Assembly (NCBI GenBank): GCA_963709345.1
Contig: CAVPVX010000010.1
Location: 64,001 to 128,000, forward strand
Direction of reading: 5' to 3'
Length of the DNA stretch: 64,000 nucleotides
Origin: an uncultured Actinomycetes bacterium
GTDB lineage: Bacteria > Actinomycetota > Thermoleophilia > UBA2241
The stretch's first letter is position 1. Every line of letters starts with the position of its first letter. Under the pieces are notes generated by a model that did no database searches, was not told where the DNA came from, and saw only the letters and a list, made by a program, of their open reading frames with translations. Of this stretch, positions 1 through 10,110 are shown in pieces. Position numbers and translations under genes: made by a program.

Positions 1-1
1 C

Positions 2-634
2 GAGTTGGCGCTCGGCGCCCGGGATCTGGCGGCTCTCAAAGGCCGGCCAGACCTCGCCGTCGAAGTCAAGGGTCTGGAGATGCCCGCCTACGACCCCAGG
101 GGCACGCACGGCATGGGCCTGAGCTACGCGACCTCCGACCGCGGCGCCTGCCACATGCGCGCCTTCACCGCCGCCGACGACATCCTCGGAGGCGACGGCG
201 CCGCCGACTCGATGGAGGGCAAGGCCCGGCTGGTCGCCGACCAGCAGGACTTCAGCGCTCTTGCCTGGACCGGCGTGTGGTGTGCGAACATGGCGCTCGA
301 CACCGACTTCATCGGCGTTCATCTGACGCACCTGTGGGGGCGCGCCGTCACGAGCGAAGAACTCATGACGACAGGCGCCCGCATCTGGAACCTGGGCAGG
401 CTCCTCAATCTGCGTGAAGGTCTCCTGCGCAAGGACGACGACTTGCCGGAACGGATCCTCAGCGAGCCCCACCCCGACGGTGTCGCGGCCGGCCGGGTGG
501 TCGGGGCGGACGCGTTCCGCGAGGCTCTGGACGAGTACTACCGGCTGCGCGGCTGGGACGCCGACGGCGTTCCGACCGCCGAGACGCTGGAAAGGCTCTC
601 CTTGACCGAGGTGGCCGGCGGCTCAAGCACCTGA
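2..634 (+). CDS. Aldehyde:ferredoxin oxidoreductase (W/Mo AOR family), C-terminal part, cut by window edge
   Basis: Motifs VKGLEMPAYDPR, YATSDRGACH, DDLPERIL and EYYRLRGWD are typical of the AOR C-terminal domain; frame is open from position 2. Confidence 0.9.
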   Translation, partial: ELALGARDLAALKGRPDLAVEVKGLEMPAYDPRGTHGMGLSYATSDRGACHMRAFTAADDILGGDGAADSMEGKARLVADQQDFSALAWTGVWCANMALDTDFIGVHLTHLWGRAVTSEELMTTGARIWNLGRLLNLREGLLRKDDDLPERILSEPHPDGVAAGRVVGADAFREALDEYYRLRGWDADGVPTAETLERLSLTEVAGGSST

Positions 635-682
635 TCGACCGGGCGAGACCCGGCCCGGACGAGACCGAGAGCGAGGGGCGCC

Positions 683-1840
683 ATGACGACGGAGCAGGAG
701 GCGATCCGCCGGCAGACCGACTGCCGTGCAGACCGCTTCGACGCGGCGGCCGGAGGGCCGACGATGAAGGCCGTCGTGACGCTGGGCAACGGTGGACTCG
801 ACATGCTGGACTACCGCGACGTGCCGCTGCCGGTCGCGGGACCGGGAGAGGTGCTGCTGCGGGTCCTCGCCGCCGGTGTCAACACCACCGAGATCAACAC
901 CCGTCTGGGCTGGTACTCGGCGAGTGTGACGGAGGATACGGAGAGCACGGCGTCCGACCAGGAGACCGCTGCGGTCGCCAAGGAGGACGGCGGATGGAGC
1001 GCGCCCACTCCGTTCCCGCTCATCCAGGGCACCGACTGCTGCGGCCGCGTCGCGGCGGTAGGGCCGGCCGGCGACGACCGCCTGCTCGGTCGCCGCGTCC
1101 TGGTGCGCCCGTGCATGCGCCCTTACGGCTTCTCATCGCTGGAGACGGTGTGGATGGCATCCGACTTCGACGGCGCCTTCGCCGAGTACGTCAGGGTTCC
1201 CGCGTCAGAGGTCTTTGCGGTGGAGTCCGAACTCAGTGACGTGGAACTCGGGGCGCTGCCCTGCGCCTACGGTACGGCAGAGAACATGCTGCACCGCGCC
1301 GGCGTGAGCCGCGGGCAGCACGTCGTCGTCACCGGCGCGTCCGGAGGGGTCGGCGCCGCCGCCGTGCAGCTCGCCGGGCGGCGCGGCGCCACCGTGACCG
1401 CCGTCGCCGGCCGCGCCAAGGCCGAGCAGGTGCGGGCGCTGGGAGCCGACGCCGTCGTGGACCGGGACGCCGATCTCGTCGCGGCCATCGGCGAGCAGGC
1501 TGCGGACGTGGTCGTCGACAACGTCTCCGGCCCGGCCTTCGATGCCCTTGTCGCCGTGCTGAAGCGAGGCGGCAGGTACGTCTCCTCCGGAGCCATCGCC
1601 GGTCCCCTGGTCTCGTTCGACAAGCGCACCTTCTACCTGCGCGACCTGACGCTGCTCGGTTGTACCGCGTGGGACGAGCCGGTCTTTGCCGACCTCATCG
1701 GCTACGTCGAGCGGCGAGAGGTGCGGCCACCGGTCGCGAAGACGTATCCCCTCGAGCACATCGCCGACGCCCAGGCCGAGTTCCTCAAGAAGCGGCACGT
1801 CGGCAAGTTCGTGCTGATCCCTCCGCGGGGCAGAGACTGA
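683..1840 (+). CDS. MDR-superfamily alcohol dehydrogenase / quinone oxidoreductase-like protein (alternative start 764)
   Basis: GroES-like start MKAVV...GEVLLRVLAAGVN, Rossmann motif VTGASGGVG, C-terminal GKFVL. Confidence 0.85.
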   Translation: MTTEQEAIRRQTDCRADRFDAAAGGPTMKAVVTLGNGGLDMLDYRDVPLPVAGPGEVLLRVLAAGVNTTEINTRLGWYSASVTEDTESTASDQETAAVAKEDGGWSAPTPFPLIQGTDCCGRVAAVGPAGDDRLLGRRVLVRPCMRPYGFSSLETVWMASDFDGAFAEYVRVPASEVFAVESELSDVELGALPCAYGTAENMLHRAGVSRGQHVVVTGASGGVGAAAVQLAGRRGATVTAVAGRAKAEQVRALGADAVVDRDADLVAAIGEQAADVVVDNVSGPAFDALVAVLKRGGRYVSSGAIAGPLVSFDKRTFYLRDLTLLGCTAWDEPVFADLIGYVERREVRPPVAKTYPLEHIADAQAEFLKKRHVGKFVLIPPRGRD

Positions 1841-1856
1841 CGCGCCCCGCTGGGGG

Positions 1857-3587
1857 TCACTCTGCCTCGAGCCGGACGTCGAGCACGGGGGCGCGGGCCG
1901 AGGCCGATGAGGCATCGTCCAGCATCGACTGGGCGGCGCTCTCGGCGTCCAGCCGCAACAGGTAGTGCTCGATCTCGTGGTCCACGACCGACTGCTGCCA
2001 CTCGAGCAGCGGTGCCATCAGCCGGGCCACGTCCTCGACGGCCCGCCGGCCCCGGTCGGGAGCCTCGAACGCGATGTGGGTCCGGCGCGTGAGGACGTCG
2101 TCGACGTGCAGGGCGCCCTCGAAGAGCGCGGCGTGGACGACCTCCGCGCGGAGGTAGGTCTCGGCTCCGGTGAGGGGAGCGGCGAGATCGGGTTCATCGG
2201 CGACGAGATCCAGCACCTGCAGGGCGAGCGAACCGTACCGGGCGACGAGATGATCGATCTGCCGGGGCGACAGTTCCGCCGCTCCCGGGTGGAGTCGCGC
2301 CCTTACCGCGGTCTGCGACCATCCGACGGCGCCGAGCAGCGGGATGTCCTCGCTGCGGCTCGGCGGCACGTCAAAGGGCAGGTCGCGGGCCGCGACGTCG
2401 ACCGCGTCGCGAGCCATGATCCTGTACGTCGTGTACTTCCCCCCGGCGATGCTGACCAGCCCTGGTGCGCTGCGGCGCACGAGGTGCTCGCGCGATATCT
2501 CGGCGGTGTCCGCCGACCCGGTCGCGACCAGCGGCCGCAGGCCGACGTACACGGCCGTGATGTCATCGGTCGTGAGGGGCTCGCGAAGGACGGCGTTCAC
2601 GTGGCCGAGCAGGTAGTCGACGTCACCGCGGGTGGCCGAAGGGTGATCCAGTCCGAACTCCCAGTCCGTATCGGTCGTGCCGATGATCCAGTGCTCGCCC
2701 CAGGGGAGCACGAAGAGCACGCTCTTCTCGGTGGGGAGGATGAGGGCGAGCGTCGAGTCGATGCGCGCCTTGGGGACGACGATGTGCACGCCCTTCGAAG
2801 GCCGGACCATGAGCGGGTCCTCGACGCCGGCCAGACGCTCCAGCTCGGTCGTCCACGCGCCGGTGGCGTTGACGACGACGCGGGCGCGGATCGCGAGCTC
2901 GTCGCCGCCCTCGAGGTCCTTGACGCGCGCTCCCGAGATTCTCGGGCCGTCGTGGAGGAAGGAGGCGACCTCGACGGCGGAGACGCACACCGCGCCGTGC
3001 GCCTGCGCCGTGCCGGCGAGGGTGACGGCGAAGCGGGCGTCGTCGACCTGCGCGTCGAAGTAGCGGATCCCGCCGGTGACGGCGTCGTCGCGCAGCGACG
3101 GGACGGCTCGCACGCAGGCTCTCCGCGAGAGGTGCCGGTGGCGCGGCATCGCGGGGTGCAGCCCGGCGAGCCCGTCGTACAGGAGCAGGCCGGCGCCCAT
3201 GAGGAGGCGGTCCCGTACGCCCCGCTTGAGCGGGAACAGGAGCGGCATCGCGTGGACGAGGTGCGGGGCCAGCTTCTCGGCCAGCAGGCGCCGTTCGTGG
3301 AGCGCCTCTCGCACCAGCCCGAAATCGAGATGTTCGATGTAGCGCAGGCCGCCGTGGATCAGCTTGCTGGAGCGGCTCGAGGTGCCCGCGGCGAAGTCGC
3401 GCTTCTCGACCAGCGCCACGGAGAGGCCACGGCCGGCGGCGTCGAGAGCCACGCCGCAGCCCGTCACCCCGCCGCCGATGACGAGGACGTCGAAGTACTC
3501 GGTGGCGAGCCGCTGCAGCCGGCGCTTCCGCGCGGCAAGAGGCGCCGGCTGGGGGTTCGTCTCGCCGGCTGGGCTTGAGAACGTCAT
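1857..3587 (-). CDS. glpD: FAD-dependent glycerol-3-phosphate dehydrogenase
   Basis: DVLVIGGGVTG, GTSSRSSKLIHGGLRY, SKGVHIV, IGTTD, GGKYTTYR. Confidence 0.9.
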   Translation of the reverse strand: MTFSSPAGETNPQPAPLAARKRRLQRLATEYFDVLVIGGGVTGCGVALDAAGRGLSVALVEKRDFAAGTSSRSSKLIHGGLRYIEHLDFGLVREALHERRLLAEKLAPHLVHAMPLLFPLKRGVRDRLLMGAGLLLYDGLAGLHPAMPRHRHLSRRACVRAVPSLRDDAVTGGIRYFDAQVDDARFAVTLAGTAQAHGAVCVSAVEVASFLHDGPRISGARVKDLEGGDELAIRARVVVNATGAWTTELERLAGVEDPLMVRPSKGVHIVVPKARIDSTLALILPTEKSVLFVLPWGEHWIIGTTDTDWEFGLDHPSATRGDVDYLLGHVNAVLREPLTTDDITAVYVGLRPLVATGSADTAEISREHLVRRSAPGLVSIAGGKYTTYRIMARDAVDVAARDLPFDVPPSRSEDIPLLGAVGWSQTAVRARLHPGAAELSPRQIDHLVARYGSLALQVLDLVADEPDLAAPLTGAETYLRAEVVHAALFEGALHVDDVLTRRTHIAFEAPDRGRRAVEDVARLMAPLLEWQQSVVDHEIEHYLLRLDAESAAQSMLDDASSASARAPVLDVRLEAE

Positions 3588-3733
3588 GAGGCCCTTCTTC
3601 CCGCGACCCGCCGGTGTTCGTGCTCAGCCTGTGTCCGCAAGGCGACTATCGCCCGTGCGCCCCGGTCTGCGGGGCCGTCGACCGCCGGTCCGTTCAGCCG
3701 CATGTCCGCCGTCCTTTTCGCCTGTCTCCAAAC

Positions 3734-3763
3734 TGGTATGTACCATCTGGCTGGTATGTACCA
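3734..3763. promoter_or_regulatory. Tandem palindromic operators TGGTATGTACCA x2 (likely GntR/HutC type)
   Basis: Identical 12-mers at 3734-3745 and 3752-3763 in the divergent glpD/oxidoreductase intergenic region; reverse-complement copy at 6144-6155. Confidence 0.75.
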
Positions 3764-3881
3764 TGCACGCTGTGGCATACTGCTGTCAAGCGCCGGAGAG
3801 TCACCGGCCCCCGCAGTCCTGGCCGACGTGATGGAGCCGTCGCTCCCGTCGCCGGGCGCCACCACTTCGACTGGAGTCGTC

Positions 3882-5240
3882 ATGCGGCACATCACCGAAG
3901 CAGCCAGGAACACCGCGGTGCTGTGCGATACCGACGTCCTCGTGGTCGGGAGCGGGCCGGGAGGTCTCGCGGCGGCTCTCGGCGCCGCGCGCGCCGGGGC
4001 GCGAACGACGCTTGTCGACCGCTACGGCTGTTTCGGCGGCGCCATCACCCAGGTGGGCGTCGAGTCCATCGCCTGGTACCGCCACGAGGCCACCGTCGAG
4101 GCCGAAGGCATCGGCGTTGAGTTCGAGGAGCGGGCGCAGGCGATGGGCGGGACTCAGCCGGAGTCCCAGTCGATCAGCCAGGCGCTCGACCCGGAGCTCT
4201 TCAAGGTCGTCGCCGACGACCTCGTGAGGGAGGCCGGCGTCGAGCCGCTGCTGCACTGTCTGGCCGCCGAGCCGCTTCTGGATGCCGGCGCCGTCACTGG
4301 AGTGACCACCGAGGGCAAGTCCGGGCGGCAGGCGATCCTCGCGGCGCGTGTCGTCGACGCCACCGGCGACGCCGACCTCGCCTTTCGCGCCGGCGCGCCC
4401 TGCCACGCGACGCCCCTCTCGGAGGCGATGGGCGTCACCGTCACTTTCTCGTGCTCGGGCGTCGACAAGCAACGCTTCCTCGATTACGTCGCCGAACAGG
4501 CCCCCACGTACGCCGACTGGGGCACGGGCTGGCGCATCAACACCTCGGGCAAGGAGGACGAGCTCTTCAGCCCGTACCTCCAGGAGCCCTTCGACCTGGC
4601 GCGCCGGGAAGGGCTGATCCCCGAAGAGACCAAGAGCATCGGCGGGACCTGGGGTCGCCTCTCGGACTCGGGCGAGGCGACCTACCTCAACATGATCTAC
4701 CTGCGCGGGTACGACTGCACGAACGTGCGCGACCTGACGCGCGCGGAGATCGAGGGGCGCCGGCAGGCGCTCCTGGCGATCGAGGCGCTCCGGCGCTTCA
4801 CGCCCGGCTTCGAGAACGCCCACCTGCGCAACTTCGGCATGACCCTCGGCACGCGCGACTCGCGCAAGATCGTCGGCCGCTACGAGCTCACCGAGCGTGA
4901 CGTGCGCGGCGAGGCGCGCTTCGCCGACTCGGTCGGCATCTTCCCTGAGTTCATCGACGGCTACGGCACGCTTGTGCTGCCGACCACGGGCCGGTACTTC
5001 CAGGTGCCCTACGGGATCCTCGTTCCCCGAGGAGTCGACAACCTGCTCGTCGCCGGGCGCTGCGTCGCCGGAGACAAGGTCTCACACGCGGCCACACGCA
5101 ACCAGATGTGCTGTGCGGTGACGGGGCAGGCCGCCGGCGTGGCCGCCGCCGTCTCGCTCGGGGACGGTCGCACCACCGGCGAGGTCGACGTCTCGCGCGT
5201 CCAGGCCGAGCTGAGCCGACAGGGCGTGCGGTACGCCTGA
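3882..5240 (+). CDS. FAD-dependent oxidoreductase (uncharacterised family)
   Basis: GGAG RBS before ATG 3882; DVLVVGSGPGG, VDATGDAD, QVPYGILVP, NLLVAGRC. Confidence 0.85.
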   Translation: MRHITEAARNTAVLCDTDVLVVGSGPGGLAAALGAARAGARTTLVDRYGCFGGAITQVGVESIAWYRHEATVEAEGIGVEFEERAQAMGGTQPESQSISQALDPELFKVVADDLVREAGVEPLLHCLAAEPLLDAGAVTGVTTEGKSGRQAILAARVVDATGDADLAFRAGAPCHATPLSEAMGVTVTFSCSGVDKQRFLDYVAEQAPTYADWGTGWRINTSGKEDELFSPYLQEPFDLARREGLIPEETKSIGGTWGRLSDSGEATYLNMIYLRGYDCTNVRDLTRAEIEGRRQALLAIEALRRFTPGFENAHLRNFGMTLGTRDSRKIVGRYELTERDVRGEARFADSVGIFPEFIDGYGTLVLPTTGRYFQVPYGILVPRGVDNLLVAGRCVAGDKVSHAATRNQMCCAVTGQAAGVAAAVSLGDGRTTGEVDVSRVQAELSRQGVRYA

Positions 5241-5255
5241 GCGCCCGCCCCGGCC

Positions 5256-6032
5256 TCAGATCGGGGCCGAGGAAGGCCGCCCCGAGGCCGGCGACGGCGC
5301 GACGCCTTCGACCGGGGCGCTCACCGAGAACTCCGTGCGGTCACCGCGATACACGTCGCGGGCCAGCTCGACGACGGCGTCGTCGGCATCGAACACGGTC
5401 CGGGTGAGGACGATCGCCGGGCTGCCCGGCGCGACGCCCAACGCTTCGGCCTCGAAGCGGTCGAGCGTCACCGCCACGACCCGGGCATCGGCTTTCATGG
5501 GGCGCACGCCGTAGCGCGAGCGGAGGATCGCCCACAGCGAGCCGGTAAGGTCGTTCTCGAGCAGGTCGGGGAAGCGCTCGGCCGACAACTGGATGTTCTC
5601 GATGGCGATCGGCTCCCCCCTGGCAGTCCTCAGTCGCTGGAGGACGTGCACCCGGCCTCCGGGAGGGATGTCCAGCATCGCGGATGCCCGAGCATCCGGC
5701 TCGAGCGTCCCGGCTGCCAGTATCTCGGTGCCGGGCGCCCGGTCCGCCTCGGTCATGTTCCGCGTGAAGCTCCCGACGCTGAAGCGGAGCCGCGGCTCGG
5801 CGACGAACGTCCCGCGACGCGGATGGCGGTAGAGGTAGCCCTCCAGCGTGAGCGTCTCCAGTGCGTGACGCGCCGTCATGCGACTGACCTGGTACCGCTC
5901 GCTCAGCGCGCGCTCGGAGGGTACCGATGAATGGGGATCGAGGCGCCCGGCCTCTATCTGGTCGCGAAGGAGTGCGGCGAGCCACAGGTACAGGGGGCTC
6001 GAGCGCTCCGGTGTGCCCCGGGTGCTTGCCAC
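5256..6032 (-). CDS. GntR family (HutC/UTRA) transcriptional regulator
   Basis: wHTH motif PSERALSERYQVSRMTAR...RGTFV plus UTRA domain; GTG 6032 follows a purine-rich RBS. Confidence 0.9.
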   Translation of the reverse strand: MASTRGTPERSSPLYLWLAALLRDQIEAGRLDPHSSVPSERALSERYQVSRMTARHALETLTLEGYLYRHPRRGTFVAEPRLRFSVGSFTRNMTEADRAPGTEILAAGTLEPDARASAMLDIPPGGRVHVLQRLRTARGEPIAIENIQLSAERFPDLLENDLTGSLWAILRSRYGVRPMKADARVVAVTLDRFEAEALGVAPGSPAIVLTRTVFDADDAVVELARDVYRGDRTEFSVSAPVEGVAPSPASGRPSSAPI

Positions 6033-6143
6033 AGTCCCCCTTCCCAGCCGAGAGGATCGGCGGGTCCTTCTCGTCGATCCGGTGCCCGTGATGCCGGCGG
6101 AGGCAGCGCCGCCGGATTCGCGATAGGCTACCATACGGTTCAT

Positions 6144-6155
6144 TGGTACATACCA
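6144..6155. promoter_or_regulatory. Third GntR operator copy, TGGTACATACCA
   Basis: Exact reverse complement of the 3734/3752 sites, upstream of gntR and of the divergent ABC operon. Confidence 0.7.
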
Positions 6156-6300
6156 GCAGAGACGGTGCGGGGGTGGTCGCGACTGTCGGCGGGGATCCTG
6201 CCGATGCGTGCATTCGTCGGTGGGAGCACGGTGCGGCCGACTATCATGGCCTGATTCGTTCGTCCTACCGAATATCCTGGTGTCTCCACAGGCGTCCGCA

Positions 6301-6318
6301 GCTAATTAACCGGTCAAT
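6301..6318. promoter_or_regulatory. Palindromic operator GCTAATTAACCGGTCAAT
   Basis: 16/18 match to the reverse complement of the site at 22203-22220 upstream of mtbB. Confidence 0.6.
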
Positions 6319-6442
6319 CCGTCTTGCCAACTTGACGCAGCATGTGTATGGTGACCAACACGTGTGGGAACAGTCTGGCGCCGCCGGCGCCATTGCGGTC
6401 CACGACGTTTCACGAGGCGTACACCTTAGGGGGAGTAGAGAC

Positions 6443-8131
6443 ATGGCTGACGAGAAATACGCGAGGGAGTACGGGCAGCACCTGGTCGACCAGGTGATGA
6501 AGGGCAAGATGACGCGCCGCCAGCTGCTCGTGCGCGCGTCCGTTTTCGGTCTTTCCGTGACGGCCGCCGGCCAGCTGCTCGCGGCGTGCGGCGGCAGCAG
6601 CGACGACTCGGCCTCGCCGGCCGCGTCCGGCATGCCGGAGCCCGTCATGGGCGGCACCATCAAGATGATCGGCCCGGCGCCGATCACCGACCCCGATCCG
6701 GTCACCATCTACGACCAGGGCGGCATCGTCCTCGTCTACCAGTTCCTTGAGTACCTGATCGACCTGGCCGACGACAACGCACTGGTGCCCAAGCTCGCGG
6801 AGAGCTGGGAGGCGAACGAGAGTGTCGACGTCTGGACGTTCAATCTGCGCCAGGGCGTGACCTACAACGACGGCAGCCCGTTCGGAGCCGAGGACGTGGT
6901 CACGAGCATGGAGCGCGTCCTCAACCCTGACAGCGGCTCGGGCGCTCTCTCGCAGCTCGGCGGCGTGCTCTCACCTGGCGGCACCAAGGCCGTCGACGAT
7001 GCCACGGTCGAGTTCACCCTCGACAAGCCCTTCGCCGACTTCCCGTACATGGTGTCCTCGGGCAACTACAACACCGCCATCCTGCCGCGCACGTACAAGG
7101 GCAACATCATCAAGAACCCGGTAGGCACGGGTCCGTTCATGCTCGACCAGTACGTGACCAAGCAGAAAGCCACCTTCAAGAAGAACCCCACCTACTGGGG
7201 CAAGGACGAACAGGGTCGTCAGCTTCCGTACCTGGACGGCATGGAGTACATCATGGTCGAGGACAACTCGGCCCAGAACCTCCAGCTCCAGTCCGGCGCC
7301 ATCGACCTGCAGCCGCAGACCGTGTTCCAGGGCGCGCAGGCGCTGTTCGCCGATCCCAACCTCCGCGTCGACATCTACCCGGGCACGGGCATCCGTGAGG
7401 TCGCCTTCAACGTGGACAAGGAGCCGTGGAAGGACAACCCCAAGCTCCGTCAGGCGGTCGCGTACTGCCTCGACCGTGAGGCCATCAACAAGGCCCTGTA
7501 CGACGGCCGCAGCAACCTCGGTTACGACACCTTCTGGGAGCCGTCCGTCTTCGCCGGCGCCCCGGAGTCGACCCCGCGTGCCCAGGACTACGACAAGGCC
7601 AAGGCTCTGCTCAGCGAGGCCGGCTATCCGGATGGCCTCGAGATCGAGCTCACCTTCGCGAAGTACCTCGAGAACCCGCAGTACGCACAGCTCATCCAGG
7701 AGCAGTGCAAGCCGGCCGGCATCACCGTCAAGCTGAATCAGCTCAGCTACGAGGCGTACTATGCCGGTGACGACGCCGACTACTACGGCACCACGCCGTG
7801 GATCAACGCGCCGATGAGCATCACCGAGTGGGGCAGCCGCCCGGCTCCCGGCATCTACGCCGCGGCCATGCTTCTGCCCGACGCCGTGTGGAGTTCGTCG
7901 CACTGGGACAACGCCGACTTCGTGAGCGCCTTCAACGAATATGAGTCCACCGTCGACGAGGCCGCCCGCATGGAGCTCGCCACCAAGCTCTCGGCTACCC
8001 AGCAAGAAGACACGCCCATCCTCTTGTCCTTCTTCATCACCCAGCTGCGCACGCAGAAGAAGAACGTGTTCGGCGTCAAGGGCCCAGGCTCGTTCTATTG
8101 CGACATGAGCCAAGCCTTCATGACCGCGTAA
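6443..8131 (+). CDS. ABC transporter substrate-binding lipoprotein, peptide/opine/nickel family
   Basis: Tat motif TRRQLL and lipobox LAAC; LAESWE, FNLRQGV, PVGTGPF. Confidence 0.9.
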   Translation: MADEKYAREYGQHLVDQVMKGKMTRRQLLVRASVFGLSVTAAGQLLAACGGSSDDSASPAASGMPEPVMGGTIKMIGPAPITDPDPVTIYDQGGIVLVYQFLEYLIDLADDNALVPKLAESWEANESVDVWTFNLRQGVTYNDGSPFGAEDVVTSMERVLNPDSGSGALSQLGGVLSPGGTKAVDDATVEFTLDKPFADFPYMVSSGNYNTAILPRTYKGNIIKNPVGTGPFMLDQYVTKQKATFKKNPTYWGKDEQGRQLPYLDGMEYIMVEDNSAQNLQLQSGAIDLQPQTVFQGAQALFADPNLRVDIYPGTGIREVAFNVDKEPWKDNPKLRQAVAYCLDREAINKALYDGRSNLGYDTFWEPSVFAGAPESTPRAQDYDKAKALLSEAGYPDGLEIELTFAKYLENPQYAQLIQEQCKPAGITVKLNQLSYEAYYAGDDADYYGTTPWINAPMSITEWGSRPAPGIYAAAMLLPDAVWSSSHWDNADFVSAFNEYESTVDEAARMELATKLSATQQEDTPILLSFFITQLRTQKKNVFGVKGPGSFYCDMSQAFMTA

Positions 8132-8176
8132 GCGGACTGGAAGGTAGCGGACACAGACTGACGTAGGGTTCCCGGG

Positions 8177-9124
8177 ATGCTGCGCCTGATAGGTCGGCGA
8201 CTGCTCCTCATGGTGCCGACGCTGATCTTGGCGTCGATGCTGATCTTCGCGCTCGCCGAGGTCCTGCCCGGCGACGTGGGGCGCTCCATCCTGGGGCCCT
8301 ACGCCACGCAAGAACAGGTCGAGCTTCTCAACGAGAGGCTCGGCGCCGACAAGCCCATCTACGTGCGCTACGCCACATGGGCCGGCGGCTTCGTCACCGG
8401 CGACTGGGGAGACTCGCTGCTTCTCAAGGTGCCGGTGCTCCCCACCGTCATGAAGGCGCTGGGCAACTCGCTGGTGCTCGCGGGGTTCGCGCTGGTGCTC
8501 ATCGTGCCCACGTCCGTCCTCTTGGGCGTGTTCTCAGGCTTACGACGAGACAGCGCCCTCGACCGCACCATCACGGTCTCCACGTTGTCCATGACCGTCA
8601 TTCCCGAGTTCGTGAGCGGCGTCGTGCTGCTCTACGTCTTTGCGGTGTGGCTCAAGGTGCTGCCTGTCACGGCCATGCCGCCAGACGGCTCCCCGTTCGT
8701 GAGCCGCTTCTACTACCTGATCCTCCCGGCGATCCCGCTGATGTTCCTCGAGCTCGGCTACATCGCGCGCATGGCCAGGGTCGGCACCGTGCAGGTGCTG
8801 GCCATGCCGTACATCCGCACGGCCGTGCTCAAAGGGCTGCCGCGACGCAGGGTCATCTTCGGCCACGTGCTGCGCAACGCCATGGTGCCCACCGTCACTG
8901 TCATCGGTAGCCAGATAGGCTGGCTGATCGGCGGTCTGGTCGTTGTCGAGACCCTGTTCGTCTACCCCGGCATCGGCAAGCTCATGGTCAATGCCGCGCA
9001 GACGCACGACCTGCCCATGCTCGAGGCGGCGGTCCTCATGGTGGCGATCCTCTACATGTTGTCCAACCTCATCGCCGACATCATCGTCGCGCTTCTCAAC
9101 CCACGCATCCGGGCGGGCGGATGA
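8177..9124 (+). CDS. ABC transporter permease (DppB-like)
   Basis: PGD motif, YIRTAVLKGL loop, VVETLFVYPGIG. Confidence 0.92.
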   Translation: MLRLIGRRLLLMVPTLILASMLIFALAEVLPGDVGRSILGPYATQEQVELLNERLGADKPIYVRYATWAGGFVTGDWGDSLLLKVPVLPTVMKALGNSLVLAGFALVLIVPTSVLLGVFSGLRRDSALDRTITVSTLSMTVIPEFVSGVVLLYVFAVWLKVLPVTAMPPDGSPFVSRFYYLILPAIPLMFLELGYIARMARVGTVQVLAMPYIRTAVLKGLPRRRVIFGHVLRNAMVPTVTVIGSQIGWLIGGLVVVETLFVYPGIGKLMVNAAQTHDLPMLEAAVLMVAILYMLSNLIADIIVALLNPRIRAGG

Positions 9125-10110
9125 GCATGGACGAGCGCAACGGTTCCCCCGGGCCTGACCCGGATCTGCAGGCGGAAGGCATGCAGGTGAGCTCGGATCC
9201 GGAGATGCTCGAACTCCGGGCGGAGGCCGCCGCAGGCCGCCAAGGCCAGGAACTCCAGGCCGACGCCGCCGCCGCCCTCGAGCAGAAGCGCCAGCGGCGC
9301 TACCTCGTCAAGGCTCTGCTGCGGAGCCCGACCTTCATGGTCGGCATAGTGATCGTGCTCTTCTGGATCATCATGGGCGCCTTCTCGATCTACTTCACGC
9401 AGAGCCCGACGGCCCAGGATGCCCTCTCGTCTCTGCAGGGGCCCAGCGCATCGCACTGGTTCGGCACCGACGACCTGGGGCGCGACGTGTTCGCGCGCAC
9501 CATGGCCGGGGCCCGCACCGTACTCATCATCGCGCCGCTGGCCACGCTGCTGGCGCTGGTGTGGGGCGGCATCATCGGCTTGGTAGCTGGCTTCTGGCGC
9601 GGGATCACCGACGAGATCATCATGCGCCTCGTCGACGTGCTGCTCGCCCTGCCGATCATCATCACCTCGATCCTCATCCTTTCGTTGTTGGGTAAGGGGA
9701 CGGCGATCATCATCGTCACGATCGGCGCGCTCTTCACACCGGTGGTCAGCCGGACCATCCGTTCGGCGGTCATCGGCGAGCGCGAGCGTGAGTACGTCAT
9801 GGCGGCTCGGCTGCGCGGCGAGCGCTCGGCGTTCGTGATGACGCGCGAGATCCTGCCCAACATCACCCAGCCGATCATCGTCGAGGGCACGATCCGCCTC
9901 GGCTACGCCGTCTTCACCGCCGCCACGCTGTCGTTCCTCGGCTTCGGGCTCCAGCCGCCGTCGTCGGACTGGGGGCTCACCATCGCCACCCAGCGCGTGT
10001 TCCTGCAGATCGCCCCATGGACGGTGCTGTTCCCCGCCCTGGCGCTCGCCTCTCTGGTGGTGGGCGTGAACCTGATCACCGACGGACTGGGAAGGGTGTT
10101 CTCGAAATGA
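9121..10110 (+). CDS. ABC transporter permease (DppC-like)
   Basis: HWFGTDDLGRD, EYVMAARLRG, LSFLGFG. Confidence 0.92.
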   Translation: MSMDERNGSPGPDPDLQAEGMQVSSDPEMLELRAEAAAGRQGQELQADAAAALEQKRQRRYLVKALLRSPTFMVGIVIVLFWIIMGAFSIYFTQSPTAQDALSSLQGPSASHWFGTDDLGRDVFARTMAGARTVLIIAPLATLLALVWGGIIGLVAGFWRGITDEIIMRLVDVLLALPIIITSILILSLLGKGTAIIIVTIGALFTPVVSRTIRSAVIGEREREYVMAARLRGERSAFVMTREILPNITQPIIVEGTIRLGYAVFTAATLSFLGFGLQPPSSDWGLTIATQRVFLQIAPWTVLFPALALASLVVGVNLITDGLGRVFSK

